Part shown: one piece after another, positions 1-12,269 of the stretch
How the letters are laid out: each line of letters starts with the position of its first letter
Numbering within the stretch: position 1 is the stretch's first letter
Source: Terriglobia bacterium
GTDB lineage: Bacteria; Acidobacteriota; Terriglobia; JAJPHL01; JAPKYU01
Assembly: GCA_965206645.1 (NCBI GenBank)
Contig: CBDBKE010000002.1
Location: 256,001-320,000 of the forward strand
Direction: 5' to 3'
Length of the DNA: 64,000 nucleotides
Notes under the pieces: model-generated
The model's input: the letters and a program-made list of their open reading frames with translations, nothing else
The model's database searches: none
What the model was told of the DNA's origin: nothing
Program-made: the position numbers and the translations under genes

Positions 1-860
1 TTCCAGGTGGCACGACCGCAAAGCACACCGTTGTAGCGCACGCCGGATTCCGCCGCCATCTCCAGGCTTTCGGTGAACTGGGGATTGCTGACGCCCGCGC
101 TCAGGTAAATGAACGGTTTGTTGGTCACCGAAGCAGAGTGGCGGTAGTGCTCCAGACCCTCCTTGCGCGTGCAGACCGCTGGTCCCTTGAAGGACCTGGT
201 GCCCTCGACGTACTGAAGGTTCACCGGGATTTCCACCTTCAGCACGTCCACGCCGTACTGGGGCTTGGAGAACTCCTCCATGCTGCGAGTCACCGCTTCC
301 GGCTTTTGCTTGGCGTACTCCGGGCCATTGACGTCCCCGCCCGCCGGGTCATAGCCGATGAACTCCAGGAAGTGGGGGATATCGTGTTGGCCACATTCGG
401 CGCCGATGCGCTCGACCAACGCCTTCTTTTCATCGTTGACGGCGTCGGAATCAGACGGTGCGTAGTGGATCAGCACCTTGACGCAGTCGGCTCCGGCCTG
501 CTTCAGGCGATGCACCGACCAGGTGTTCAGCAACTCGGGGATGCGGCCGGGCCGGGCGAGGTCGTAGCCCGTCTTTTCGTAGGCCAGCAGCAAGCCGCTG
601 TTCTTGGCGCGCCGGCGGGCGGCCTCCAGACCGAGCTCCGGGTCCAGCAGGATCGCGCTGGCGTGAGGAGTCAGGATGCGAGTGACCGCGGTTTTGAATT
701 CGCCCATCATCTCCGCGGTCACCTGAGCCTCAGGCACGCCTTTCTCTTTCGCTAGCGACTTGTGGAGTGACCCGCGCTGATCCATGGCGGCGGCGGCGAT
801 CACCCCGCCCTGATCCGATACGGCTTGCATTCCGCGTAATTTCCCGCCCGTAAGTTTCAT
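1..860 (-). CDS. lacD: Tagatose-1,6-bisphosphate aldolase (class I), 3' end outside window
   Basis: Not in the ORF track because it runs off the edge. Manual translation from ATG at 860: MKLTGGKLRGMQAVSDQGGVIAAAAMDQRGSL...HASAILLDPE...GLLLAYEKTGYD...GVDVLKVEIPVN...PFIYLSAGVS...GVLCGRATW, all LacD-family motifs. Confidence 0.92.
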   Translation of the reverse strand, partial: MKLTGGKLRGMQAVSDQGGVIAAAAMDQRGSLHKSLAKEKGVPEAQVTAEMMGEFKTAVTRILTPHASAILLDPELGLEAARRRAKNSGLLLAYEKTGYDLARPGRIPELLNTWSVHRLKQAGADCVKVLIHYAPSDSDAVNDEKKALVERIGAECGQHDIPHFLEFIGYDPAGGDVNGPEYAKQKPEAVTRSMEEFSKPQYGVDVLKVEIPVNLQYVEGTRSFKGPAVCTRKEGLEHYRHSASVTNKPFIYLSAGVSNPQFTESLEMAAESGVRYNGVLCGRATW

Positions 861-1015
861 AACAGCCTCCGTCTTCCCTGCGAGATATGGGCGGTTATTT
901 TAGCACGGGCCCCAAGCGAGGGCTCACAAACTCGGCACCATCTGGCGAGGCGGTCGCCACCGTCGGCAGCAGGGCCGGGACGGCTCAGAGGCGGTTGTTC
1001 CGGGGCCTACGACAC

Positions 1016-1050
1016 CCAAAAACAAAACAGCCCGCCGAAGCGGGCTGTCT
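1016..1050 (-). terminator. Rho-independent terminator downstream of 16S rRNA
   Basis: Minus strand reads ACAGCCCGC-TTCG-GCGGGCTGT-TTTGTTTTT: a perfect 9-bp stem, a UUCG tetraloop and a U tract. Confidence 0.9.
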
Positions 1051-1228
1051 TGCGTTCTCGAAATCCGGAATGCGGCCCCGCAAGGCGAGGCCTGACCAAC
1101 CAGCGATGATTCTGAGCAGAGAAGCCGAACGAACCTCCTGCCTACCGTTCAACAGGAGGGCTCCGAACCCCGGAGCCGGGTAACGCGGAACGTTTCGGCC
1201 CAAAGGCCGAATCCGCGCACGTTCTCTC

Positions 1229-2749
<1,521 letters not shown>

Positions 2750-2833
2750 ACTTGTTGTCCCGCGCTATCGCGGGACGAACTTGTAAGAACGAGACATTTC
2801 GTCCGGCTGAACTCAAAATCTCTTACTGGTCTA

Positions 2834-2856
2834 GCATTCCGAATTGTCAAAGAACT
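2834..2856 (-). promoter_or_regulatory. rRNA leader boxA-like element and 5' arm of the 16S processing stem
   Basis: Minus strand GTTCTTTGACAATTCGGAATGC resembles boxA and is complementary to the trailer GCATTCCGGATTTCGAGAAC at about 1054-1073. Confidence 0.7.
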
Positions 2857-2960
2857 GAGCAGCTCCAGCCGTCGCTGCGACTGGAACCCGTCCCGGGAAT
2901 CGGGACTTTAGGCAGGGGATACTCCCCCTACTTGCCCCCAAACACCCGGGGCTAGTGTTC

Positions 2961-2989
2961 TTTATACACCCGTAGCGGGTGCTTGTCAA
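2961..2989 (-). promoter_or_regulatory. Sigma70 promoter of the 16S gene
   Basis: TTGACA-17 bp-TATAAA on the minus strand, about 210 bp upstream of mature 16S. Confidence 0.85.
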
Positions 2990-3081
2990 CCTCCATGGGG
3001 ACGCGATCGAGGACGACCGCATAGTCCCTAGTTTGGCATAGTCCCTAGCTTAACCAGGCAGCCTACACACAGCACCACCAA

Positions 3082-3237
3082 CCGGTGCGCTTGGCCGGTG
3101 CGCTTGGCCGGTGCGCTTGGCCGGTGCGCTTGGCCGGTGCGCTTGGCCGATGCGCTTGGCCGATGCGCTTGGCCGATGCGCTTGGCCGATGCGCTTGGCC
3201 GATGCGCTTGGCCGATGCGCTTGGCCGATGCGCTTGG
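3082..3237. repeat. 13-bp tandem repeat x12
   Basis: Five copies of CCGGTGCGCTTGG followed by seven copies of CCGATGCGCTTGG, with no spacers. Confidence 0.97.
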
Positions 3238-3302
3238 GACGATGTGAAACACTCCCGGCTTGGGTTGCTCAGACTGTTCTCTTTTATCTTCTCGCCCTCG
3301 CG

Positions 3303-3967
3303 TCAGGGCGCTTGGACAGGGATGGGCACGCTCACCTCGGCCAGTTCCCGCTCCAGCGGTAGCTGGGTAGCGAAACTGTTCTCCGTGGCGAAGCGCTCGC
3401 CAAACAGGGAAACGATGCCGCCGGGAGACAGTGGGCGTTGCGGGGTGAAGCCAACTCCTTCCACCACTCCGTCGGCGAACACCGCCGGCAAACTCACCGC
3501 GCCCGGCGCGGCCGCCGTCGAAACCGTAAAGGACCGCTGCACCTGGGCAAAGGTGGGATGCAGCGCGGCAAAGGTGATCGTCACCTGGGCCGCCTCGCTC
3601 ACCGGCACCCAGGTGCCGCTGTGGAAACCGTCGCCCAGCGACCGCAGCGAGATATTCAACCCTTCGATGCTGGCCAGCACGGTGGCATCGCTAAGGACTG
3701 TGCCGCAGGTGTCTACCGTCAGCGCCACCAGCACCCTGGGGAAAGATACCGGCAGGCTCAGACCGTTGCCGATGGTGGTAGCCAACAGCTGTAGCCCCGA
3801 TGGAACGCACTGGGCAGCGCCGGGCAGACCCGCCTGCGTCTGCAGCGCACTCCCTGGCGGCGTCACGATCAGCAACACGCCTACCTCCTGCGGCCCGCCT
3901 ACGGAGAAGGTGCCGGTGATGGTGCCTCGGTAGACCCCGGCCGCCAGCCTTGCCTGGGTCACCGAGA
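3303..3967 (-). pseudogene. Fragment of a BACON/TIGR03437 surface protein (5'-truncated and internally deleted paralog of 6852-9578)
   Basis: Near-identical to the paralog from ...GTITGTFS.GGPQEV... to ...LPLERELA.VSV, then jumps directly to a terminal IPV; no signal peptide or RBS. Confidence 0.85.
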
Positions 3968-4004
3968 ACCGCTTGCTCAGAGACTTGGACCGAAGCGAAG
4001 CGAG

Positions 4005-6307
4005 CTACTGCACGGCGACGGTGACGATGTTGCTCGAGACGCCGTTGATGATGATCTCGACCTCATGGATGCCGGATGGGACGCCCGCTGGCACCTGCAC
4101 ATTCACCTGGTAGAGCCCCGCAAATCCTGGGGCCAGGCCGGAGAAGCTCACCTGGGCAGGTAGGCCGGCAATGTTGACCATCGGCAAGCTAATGGTTCGC
4201 GCCAGTGGCTCCGTGCCGGGGCCAACCTGGCCGGAGGCGACCGCAGGCTGCACCGGACCCAGCCCCGTGCAAAAGATCAGCAGGAACTCGCCCGGCCGTG
4301 CCGGGTCGCTCTCGCTGACCGGCCAGAAATCTTCCGCGTGAAGGATGGCCCCGGGACCGGTGCCCTCCTCGTTCATCGCAAAAATCCCCGGCGAGGCGGC
4401 GGCGATCCCGATCGGCTGCGCCTCGCTGGTTTCGCTGCCCCGCCTCATCTGCACCATCACCGGCCCCGTCCCGATCATCAGCTCAAACGGGACCTGCGCA
4501 TTGATCTGCGTGGGCGACACGAAAAACAGCGGCGCCGCAATATCATCGAAGGTCACGCTGGTATCGCCCAGCGTCGTGGGAAGCGACGCCGACTGGATAT
4601 CGCTCGCCAAGTCCGTGCCGAAGATGGCCACGATCCCGCCCGGAGCGATGGCTCCATTGGGGTCGGTCCCCGCCCGGAAGCTGCCTCCATTGACCACGGA
4701 GTTGGGCGGTAGGCCGGGAGCACCTGCCGGTGCGGTTCCCGCCTGGGTCACCGTCAGGATCTGCGCGCTGCTAATGGTCAGCGTCCCCAGGCGCGAACCG
4801 GGGTCGGGATTGGCCGCCACCTCGTACTCCACCCGGCTAGTGCCGCCGCCGCTACTGCCCGAGGTGATGGTGATCCAGCTCACGTCGCTCTTGGCGTTCC
4901 AGCCACAGCGCGTCGAGACGAGCACGCTTCCGGTTCCCCCACTGGCCGGGAACGATGCACTGGTCGGGGAAATGGCATAGGTGCAAACCGATGGCGGTGG
5001 TGGCGGTGGTGGCGGTGGTGGTTCGCCGATTTTGGCGATAAAGGCGTCGCCGCTTCCCGCGTTTGCGGCCTGGAAGGGACTGGCCGTGGGGAAGTCGGCC
5101 GATTTCGTAAACCCTATCACGCAGGCGTTGCCGGAGGCGTCTACGGCGATACCCGTGCCTTGGTCGAAGACGATGAACCCGCTGCCCCCGAGGTAGGTGG
5201 AGTAAACCAGGGCGCTACCGGCGGCATCCAATTTGGTCACAAAGGCGGTCAAGATCAGGCCGCCAAAAGTGCCCTGGAAGGGACTGGCCGTGGGGAAGTC
5301 GGTCGAAGCGGTAAACCCCGTCACGTAGGCATTGCGGAGGCGTCTACGGCGATGCCGTGGCCGCCGCCGCCGCCGCCGCCCCCGAGGTAGGTGGAGTACA
5401 CCAGCACCGGATCAATGATGAGGGGCTGGCTGGCATCATACGCGGCCACCTGGAAGCCCACCTGGCGCTCGGCGTTGAGCACGTAGGCCCCCGCGATTTC
5501 CCGCCGCACGCCGTCAACTTCCTGATAGACCAGAGGCTTATGCTGGCGGACCTCTCCGCCAGGGGTATCAAGAACGAGGTCGCCCTGGGCATCAATGCGA
5601 AGCCCCTTGACGCCCTCAAAGCTGAGCGCGATGGCGGCAGGATCGGCCCCCGGCCCGACCACCAGGTCATACTCCAGTTGGCGCTGGTTACCGTAGTAAA
5701 CCAGGGCCACACCCGGATAAACGTCCTGGTACTGCACCTTGGCGTAGGTTGGAACATTCGTCCGCCACTTGTCGGGATCGTTTCCGATGAAGTAGTTGCT
5801 CTTGCCCGGCAGCTCCTCCAGCCCGGAAACCCGTGGCGCTGGATTGGCACCAACCAACTTCATCCGCACCACAGACGATTGCTGATTGCGGATTTCCGAT
5901 TGCGGATTTAGACCGTTCGCCACCTTCGCCACTACTGGCGCCACTGCTGGGGGCGCAGAGGACACAGAGAGAAGGTTGGAAGTCTTCCCCTGCGCTCCCT
6001 GCGCGCTCTGCGGGGAGCTCAGGGACAGCACAGCTTCGGTAGGGGTCAAGAACAGCGTATAGCCGCTGCCGCGCGTCAGGAAGTCCACCCGGCTGTCGGT
6101 CTGGCCCTGATTGGCTTCAAAGCTCAGCGGCAGCTTGCCGTAGTTCTCCAGAACCTGCGGCTTGTCGGCCGCCGGGGTTTTCGTTGCGGAGGATGACGTA
6201 GGAGCAAGAAGTGGGCCTGGATCGAACTTGATCAGGCCGATGGCCAGCAGCCCCAGGGCTAGAAATGCCATTCCCGCTCCTACACAACGAATCATGGATG
6301 TGCGCAT
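4005..6307 (-). pseudogene. Secreted SBBP beta-propeller + BACON + TIGR03437 protein, split by a 1-bp frameshift at about 5335
   Basis: N-terminal part has LPLSFEANQGQ...IDPVLVYSTYLGG. It reads GAC GCC TCC G-C AAT GCC TAC, whereas the intact repeat reads GAC GCC TCC GGC AAC. ORF 4005-5324 continues with SBBP repeats, poly-Pro, BACON and the SGLAPGFAGLYQVNVQVP C-terminus. Confidence 0.88.
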
Positions 6308-6818
6308 GATTGTCTCCCTCCGAAAGCGAACGACCGCCAGGATGTGAACTGTCAGCTACGAACTATTTCTTCGAGCAGCGACCGCTTCGGGCATCGACGC
6401 CGAAGACCGAAGCGCTTAAGCCCCCTCGCAAGCCAAATATGGGATCCCCTAGCCCCTAGAGGCAATCCGGTTGCCGTTCTCGATTGTTGAAAAAAAAAGT
6501 GCTTAGACGCACTCTTGCGGCTTATAAGAGGAATCGCCTGTTTCATTTCGGGAAAAACAAGGCGCAGAAGACGATTCTTTCCGCCTACCGCGGAGCCGCG
6601 GCCCCTGTGAGTGGGGATTAGGGGATTAACGGAAGCTACGCGCTTCAACGGTCCGAGTCAATAGAGTTGACGCAAATGAGATTTCTCCGTCTCACTCGCT
6701 TGACCGGGGCGACAGTCGACAGTAGCAAAGTCCTAGCCTGACCAGGCAGCCTACACACAGCACTACCAACCGATGCGCTTGGCCGATTTTGAAACACCGG
6801 CGGCCTGGGTCGCCGAGA

Positions 6819-6844
6819 ACCGCTTGCTTACGCGCGCAACTCGG
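6819..6844. repeat. REP-like element (single arm)
   Basis: ACCGCTTGCTTACGCGCGCAACTCGG is 21/26 identical to the arm at 61281-61306; the core ACCGCTTGCT also occurs at 3968-3977. Confidence 0.6.
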
Positions 6845-6851
6845 TAACTGC

Positions 6852-9578
6852 CTACTCGACCGGGATGGTGATGGCCTGATCCGGGTTGGCGACAATCCCG
6901 TTCTGCGTGAGGACCAGCGGGACTGCACCGCCCGGCGCTACGCCGGCCGGCACCACCACGTTTACCTGGTAAAGGCCCACGAAGCCCGGCGCCAGCCCCT
7001 GGTAGGCTATCGCGGCGTCTAGCCCTCCGATGGTCACCGTTACTGGCAGTTGCACGGTGCTGAACGAGGGGGCAGGGGCTCCCGTCTCCACCTGCTCCTG
7101 CACGGCACCCAGACCGGTGCAGAAGATCTGTATCGTGTCGCCAGGGCGCACCGGGTTCTGCGCCGTCACCAGCTGGAACGAGGCGTCCAGAATAGCTGCG
7201 TTTTCGCCCGCAATGAAGATGCCCGGCTGTGCAGGTGCAATCAAGTAGTTCTGCGGCGCGGTCAGCAGGCCGCCGACATTGATGGCCACCGGAACGCTAT
7301 CGCCCGTGCTGACCTCAAAGGGCAGCTGCGCATTGATCTGCCCCGGGCTGGCGAAATACAGCGGTGCGTCCTGGCCGCCGACGCGCACGCTGACCCCGGC
7401 CAGTTCCCGCTCCAACGGTAGCTGGGTGGCGAAACTGTTCTCGCTGGCAAAGCTCTGGCCGAAGACAGAAATGATGCCGCCGGGAGACAGCGGCCGTCGC
7501 GGGGTGAAGCCAGCTCCCTCCACCACCCCGTCGGCGAACAACGTCGGCAAACTCACCGCCCCCGGCGCGGCCGCCGTCTCCACCGTGAAGGACCGCTGCG
7601 CTTGGGCGAGGGTGGGATGTAGAGCGGCAAAGGTGACTGTCACCTCGGCCGCCACGCTCACCGGCACCCAGGTGCCGCTGTAGAAGCCGGTGCCCAGCCC
7701 GCGCAACGGGATGTTCAAGCCTTCCACGCCGGCCACCAGCGTGGCGTTGTCCACGCCGCTGCCGCAGTCGTCCACCACCAGCGCTGTCAGCACCCGTGGG
7801 AAGGAAACTGGCAGGCTCAGGCCACTTCCGATGGTCGTGGACAGCAACTGCAGCGCCGATGGAGCACACTGGGCCGCGCGTGGCGGACCCACCACCTGCG
7901 TTCGCAGCGCACTGCCCGGCGGCACTACGATCAGCAACACTTCCACCTCCTGCGGCCCGCCCGAGGAGAAGGTGCCGGTGATGGTGCCCTCGTAGACGTC
8001 GGCCGCCAGACCTGTTGTGTTCACCGAGACCTGCACCGTGAACGGAGCCCCCGACGCTTTCCCGTTCGGTGGACTCACCGTCAGCCAGCCACCGCCAGAC
8101 TCGGTTGAAACCACGAACTCCGCCGTGAGAGTTCCTCCTCCCGCGTTGCTGACCGTCAGTTCCTGCGCCGCCGGCAGAGCGCCGCCCTGCTCGGCTACGA
8201 AGAAGAACCCTTGGGGAGTGAGGTCAGCCTGCGCCGGAGAGGCCGCTGGGACCACGTGCAGGGTTACCGTGACCAGTTGGGGATTGTTGATGGCCCCCGG
8301 TGCCGACACCTCCAGCAACACCTGATTCACCCCGGAGTCCAGGCCGGCCGCATTGGCGGTGAGTGTCGTTGTCGAAGCCTGGGAAGCTCCGGCGCTGGCC
8401 GTTCCTGAACTTGCCGAGACGTTGAGCCATGCGGGCAAGTTCCCCAGAATGGACCAGTTCACGGTTCCTTCTCCGAGGTTAATCACTCGCAGTGTTCGGG
8501 ATATCGAGTCCGCGGATGTGCTCGGGACCGTGAACACAAACACGGACGGGCTGATGAGCAGCTTTCCGCTGGGCGCGCCCAACGCCACCGCCACCGGAAC
8601 CTCAACCGCAGAGCCGCTCCCGGTATCGGTCACGATAATGACCGCCTGGAACAGTCCGGCGGAGGGCAGCGCCTCATAATTGACCTCCGCGGTCAAGGTT
8701 GCCGGCTGCTCCAAGGTAACGATGCCGGACTCGGGAGAAACCGACAGCCAGCCGGATCCACTCAACAGCTTGACCGTCGCGGCCCATTTCACGGGCTCGC
8801 CTTTAGTGCCGATTTGCAACGCCTGGCGATCACCAGTGGCTCCGAGAATCGCGGAAAACCTCAGGGTCCCGGGCACCACGGTCAGCGCAGAAATTCGCAA
8901 CGTAACTGCAACGACAACGGGCGCGGAATCGGCAGAACTGATCGACACCTCCCCGCTGTAGCTCCCCGCTGCTAGACCTGTGATGTCGACCGAAACGGAA
9001 ATCTTGGCGGGAGTGGTTCCAGAGCTAGGAGAAATGAAAAGCCATTTCTCACCGCCGGTTGTGGAAACGGTTGCTGTCCAGCTCACCTCGCCGTCACTGG
9101 AGTCCAATACCAGCAGAGTCTGCGAGGACGGGTTGGCTCCGCCAAACTCGGCGGAAAAAGTTAGCGAGGAAGGCGAAACCTCGAGTGCCGAACCCCCGCT
9201 GACCTCCAGGGTGACCGGAACCACGGTTGGGTTGCCTCCGGATGCGGCGACCGACACCTGCCCCGTGTAGCTCCCTGCCGCCAGCCCCGTGATGTCGACC
9301 AAAACGGAGGGCTTGGTGGGTGTGGTGCCAGAGCTAGGGGAAATGGAAAGCCACCTCCCGGCGTCGGTGGTGGAAACCGTCCCCGTCCAGCCCACCGCGC
9401 CGCCTCTGGGGTCCTCTATCAACAGCGTTTGGGATGCCGGGTTAGCCCCGCCAGCCTCCGCGGAAAACGTTAGCGACGAGGGAGTAACGTCAAGTTGGGC
9501 TTGAACCGGTCCGCTGGCCAGCAGACAAAATGCCAGAGCGAGCAGGATGACCCGTGTCGGGCTTTCCCTCACGTTCAC
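6852..9578 (-). CDS. Secreted multi-BACON/Ig-repeat protein with TIGR03437 (Solibacter) C-terminal domain
   Basis: GTG start at 9578 after AAGGAG; signal peptide ending VQAQ; about five W(T)..WLSISPSSGTTP-type repeats; C-terminal PLYFASPGQINAQLPFE...GLAPGFVGLYQVNV. Confidence 0.88.
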   Translation of the reverse strand: MNVRESPTRVILLALAFCLLASGPVQAQLDVTPSSLTFSAEAGGANPASQTLLIEDPRGGAVGWTGTVSTTDAGRWLSISPSSGTTPTKPSVLVDITGLAAGSYTGQVSVAASGGNPTVVPVTLEVSGGSALEVSPSSLTFSAEFGGANPSSQTLLVLDSSDGEVSWTATVSTTGGEKWLFISPSSGTTPAKISVSVDITGLAAGSYSGEVSISSADSAPVVVAVTLRISALTVVPGTLRFSAILGATGDRQALQIGTKGEPVKWAATVKLLSGSGWLSVSPESGIVTLEQPATLTAEVNYEALPSAGLFQAVIIVTDTGSGSAVEVPVAVALGAPSGKLLISPSVFVFTVPSTSADSISRTLRVINLGEGTVNWSILGNLPAWLNVSASSGTASAGASQASTTTLTANAAGLDSGVNQVLLEVSAPGAINNPQLVTVTLHVVPAASPAQADLTPQGFFFVAEQGGALPAAQELTVSNAGGGTLTAEFVVSTESGGGWLTVSPPNGKASGAPFTVQVSVNTTGLAADVYEGTITGTFSSGGPQEVEVLLIVVPPGSALRTQVVGPPRAAQCAPSALQLLSTTIGSGLSLPVSFPRVLTALVVDDCGSGVDNATLVAGVEGLNIPLRGLGTGFYSGTWVPVSVAAEVTVTFAALHPTLAQAQRSFTVETAAAPGAVSLPTLFADGVVEGAGFTPRRPLSPGGIISVFGQSFASENSFATQLPLERELAGVSVRVGGQDAPLYFASPGQINAQLPFEVSTGDSVPVAINVGGLLTAPQNYLIAPAQPGIFIAGENAAILDASFQLVTAQNPVRPGDTIQIFCTGLGAVQEQVETGAPAPSFSTVQLPVTVTIGGLDAAIAYQGLAPGFVGLYQVNVVVPAGVAPGGAVPLVLTQNGIVANPDQAITIPVE

Positions 9579-9675
9579 GCAACTCTCCTTACGGGGGGAG
9601 ACAACACGTCCCGGTGGCTCGGGATGAAGTGCGCTTGCGAAAACGGCGCAATGAACACAAACAGATACTTCTTCG

Positions 9676-9704
9676 CTTTTACGCCTTACGCAGCGGTAAG
9701 TCAA
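9676..9704 (-). promoter_or_regulatory. Candidate sigma70 promoter
   Basis: TTGACT-17 bp-TAAAAG about 100 bp upstream of the 9578 start. Confidence 0.45.
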
Positions 9705-12269
9705 GGCTTTTGAATAGCTCAGAGCAGGCTTGGCGCGTTTCCCTCCCCCACAGGAGGCAGCCACAAACGATCACGCCTCCCCAGCACCGCCTGAGGTAAC
9801 GGGTCACTTCCCCGGCAGCGCCAGCAGCTTGCTGCTGGCGCCTTCGGTGTGGGCCGTCTCCAAGGCCGTCTCTACACGGTTGATGAGTTCGGTGACGATA
9901 TCAGGCGGCTCGATCCCGCCGCGCAGGACTGCCTCGGCAACGCCCACCGTGACCGGCAGGCCCGCTCGCTCCCCGATCCGGATGCTGGCCACCATCCTCC
10001 GGACTCGTTCCACGGCAGGGAGCGCGTCCTTGCCGTTGGTGCCGTTCAACACCATGGCCAGCGTGGTGGCGTCATAGCGGATGCCAACGTCATTCTGCCG
10101 GAGGTGGCCCGCCAGACCCTGAGCAGCCTCCCGCATGTACTCCTGCAGGTAGCTTTCCCCCAACTCTCGGACCGCTTGCGGGCCTTTGCCAAACTGCAGT
10201 AAGGCGACCGACATTGGCGTCTTCTGTCGTTGTGCGCTGGCGGTTTCCGATAGCAGGTAGTCCACATACGAGCTGCGGGCAAGCAGCCCCGAGGACTCAT
10301 CCGCTACCACCTTCATCAGGCTGCGCAACCTGACGTTAGAAATGGCCATCGCCATCTGGTCCACGACCGTCTTCAGGGCCACCACCTGCTGGGAATCCCA
10401 GCGGCGCAGCCGGTCGCACTGCTCAAGCACTACCACACCACTGTGTTTCTCTCCCTCCACCAGCGGCAAAGCCAGCAATGACTGGATGCCTAGCGACTGA
10501 ACGGCCTGGGCGACTCGGGAGAGCTCTGCCGCGCCTTTCGCGTCTTCGACGACGAGCGGGTCCCCACCCACAGTGAGCTGCACGAGCGTGCTCACCAGCG
10601 GTACCGCCGCGGCGCCCGCGGATTGCTGAATCCCCTCCGCCAGGTATTCCTGCATTGCCGTAGGCGGCCTCCCCGGCGCGCCCAGGGTCACCACGCACCG
10701 GCTGACCTGCCAGGACTTGCCGATTTCGCCCACTCCGGTGGAAAGTACACTTTGGACCGTGCTCTGCCGGTAGATGCTGCGAACGATGGCCGAGATGCGG
10801 GTCATGTCCACAGCAGCTTCTTCGGGAGCCGCTGCTTTGGAAGCAGCAGCCGCCGGTGGGGCCGCCAGGCCGGCCTCGACCAACAGCGAGCGGAGCTTCT
10901 CGTTCCGGCTGTCCTCGCCGGGAAACGACTGCGTGATCTGCTGTAAGTACTGGATCGCCTCGTCCTTCTGCCCGAACTGAAGGAAAAGCTCGACCTGCAA
11001 GATCATCTCTTCCAGCGAGCCGGCCGGCGCTATCCCCTCCGCCGGGGGAGCGCCTGCTTCCGGCGGAATCCCGAGCGCGTCCATCCAGGTGTCGGGACCA
11101 GCAGCAGTGCTGGGCGCGGAGCGGAGGCGGGCGGCAAGGGCCTGATAGGTCTGCTCGTCCACGTGCTCTTGCAGCCGTTCCAGGCGTGGCTGATCCTCCG
11201 CAGGGTTGGAGCGAGCGGCGGTCAAGCTCTCGAAAGCGCGAGTAGCCTTCACGTACTCACCTGCGTTCATAGCGAGGTCGAACAGGCGCGACAGAGTCTC
11301 GTTGCACTTGGCGCCCTGGTTCAACTCCTGGTACGTGGATGCCAGAAATTCCAGCAGCTCGAAGTTGTTCGAATTCTGTTGTTCTAATCCTTCCACCCAG
11401 CCGAGGAACTCCTCGTCTTTGTTCGTCGAGAACATGGCCTGCTTCAGCCTTTGCAACACACGGAACGCGGCCTCTCGATCGTCGGAACCCAAGTAGCTCT
11501 CGAATACCTGAAACAGCTGTGTGTAGGCCTCGGGCGAACGGGGAGTCAGATCCCACAGCAGTGTCTCGGCCTGGTCGAATTTCTCGTCGGCGAGATAGGC
11601 CTGGACCAGCAGCTGGTTCCGTTCGGCGGTCGCCGGGGACGGCAACGATTCCAGCACCTCGACGGCACGGGATGGATTGTCGGAGTCAACAAGCGCGGTG
11701 GCCAGTGGGATCGCTATCCGGGGTTCGCCCGGGACCAAGGAGTAGGCGTGTTCTAAGAGGGACACGGACTGATCCCTGAAACGACCGCCGGAATCACGGG
11801 CGCCCAGCGCTTCACTTGCACGGATAAAAGCCTGCGCGGCTTCCTCCTTTTGCCCAATGCCTTCTGCCAGTTCGCCCAACCGGATCTGCTCCGAGGGGTT
11901 GCCGGAGTCCAGCGCGGCCAGCCGACGGAGCGCTTTCAGCGCCTGGCCCTGGTCGCCACTCTCTAAGAACTTTTCCACGCACGCCCGATAGAGCTCGAGC
12001 GCCTCGGTCGGCTTCTGCTTCTCTTGAAACTCGGCGCAGGTCAGCGTTCGGGCCGGGTCCTGCGCGCCCAGCCTGCTCATCTTGCGATACATCAGGACGG
12101 TTCCTGAGCTGTCGTTCTGTTCCACCCGTTTGTCGAACAGATAGCCGTAGCAGTCCAAGGCCTTCTGAGTCTCATTCTGCCTTAGATACATGTCTGCAAT
12201 CATCTCGACCAGGTTGTCGTTGGCGGGATCTTCGCGGTAGGCGTGCTTGTATTCTTCCAGGGCGTCGGC

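Noticed and set aside
138-755. 205-aa + strand ORF
   Set aside because: Antisense shadow of lacD, which has clear family motifs on the minus strand.
3082-3237. CRISPR array
   Set aside because: 13-bp head-to-tail units with no spacers, and no cas genes in the window.
6308-6720. Riboswitch (e.g. c-di-GMP-I) upstream of the SBBP gene
   Set aside because: GACGCAAA is on the wrong strand and no matching P1/P2 architecture was seen; an Rfam scan would be decisive.
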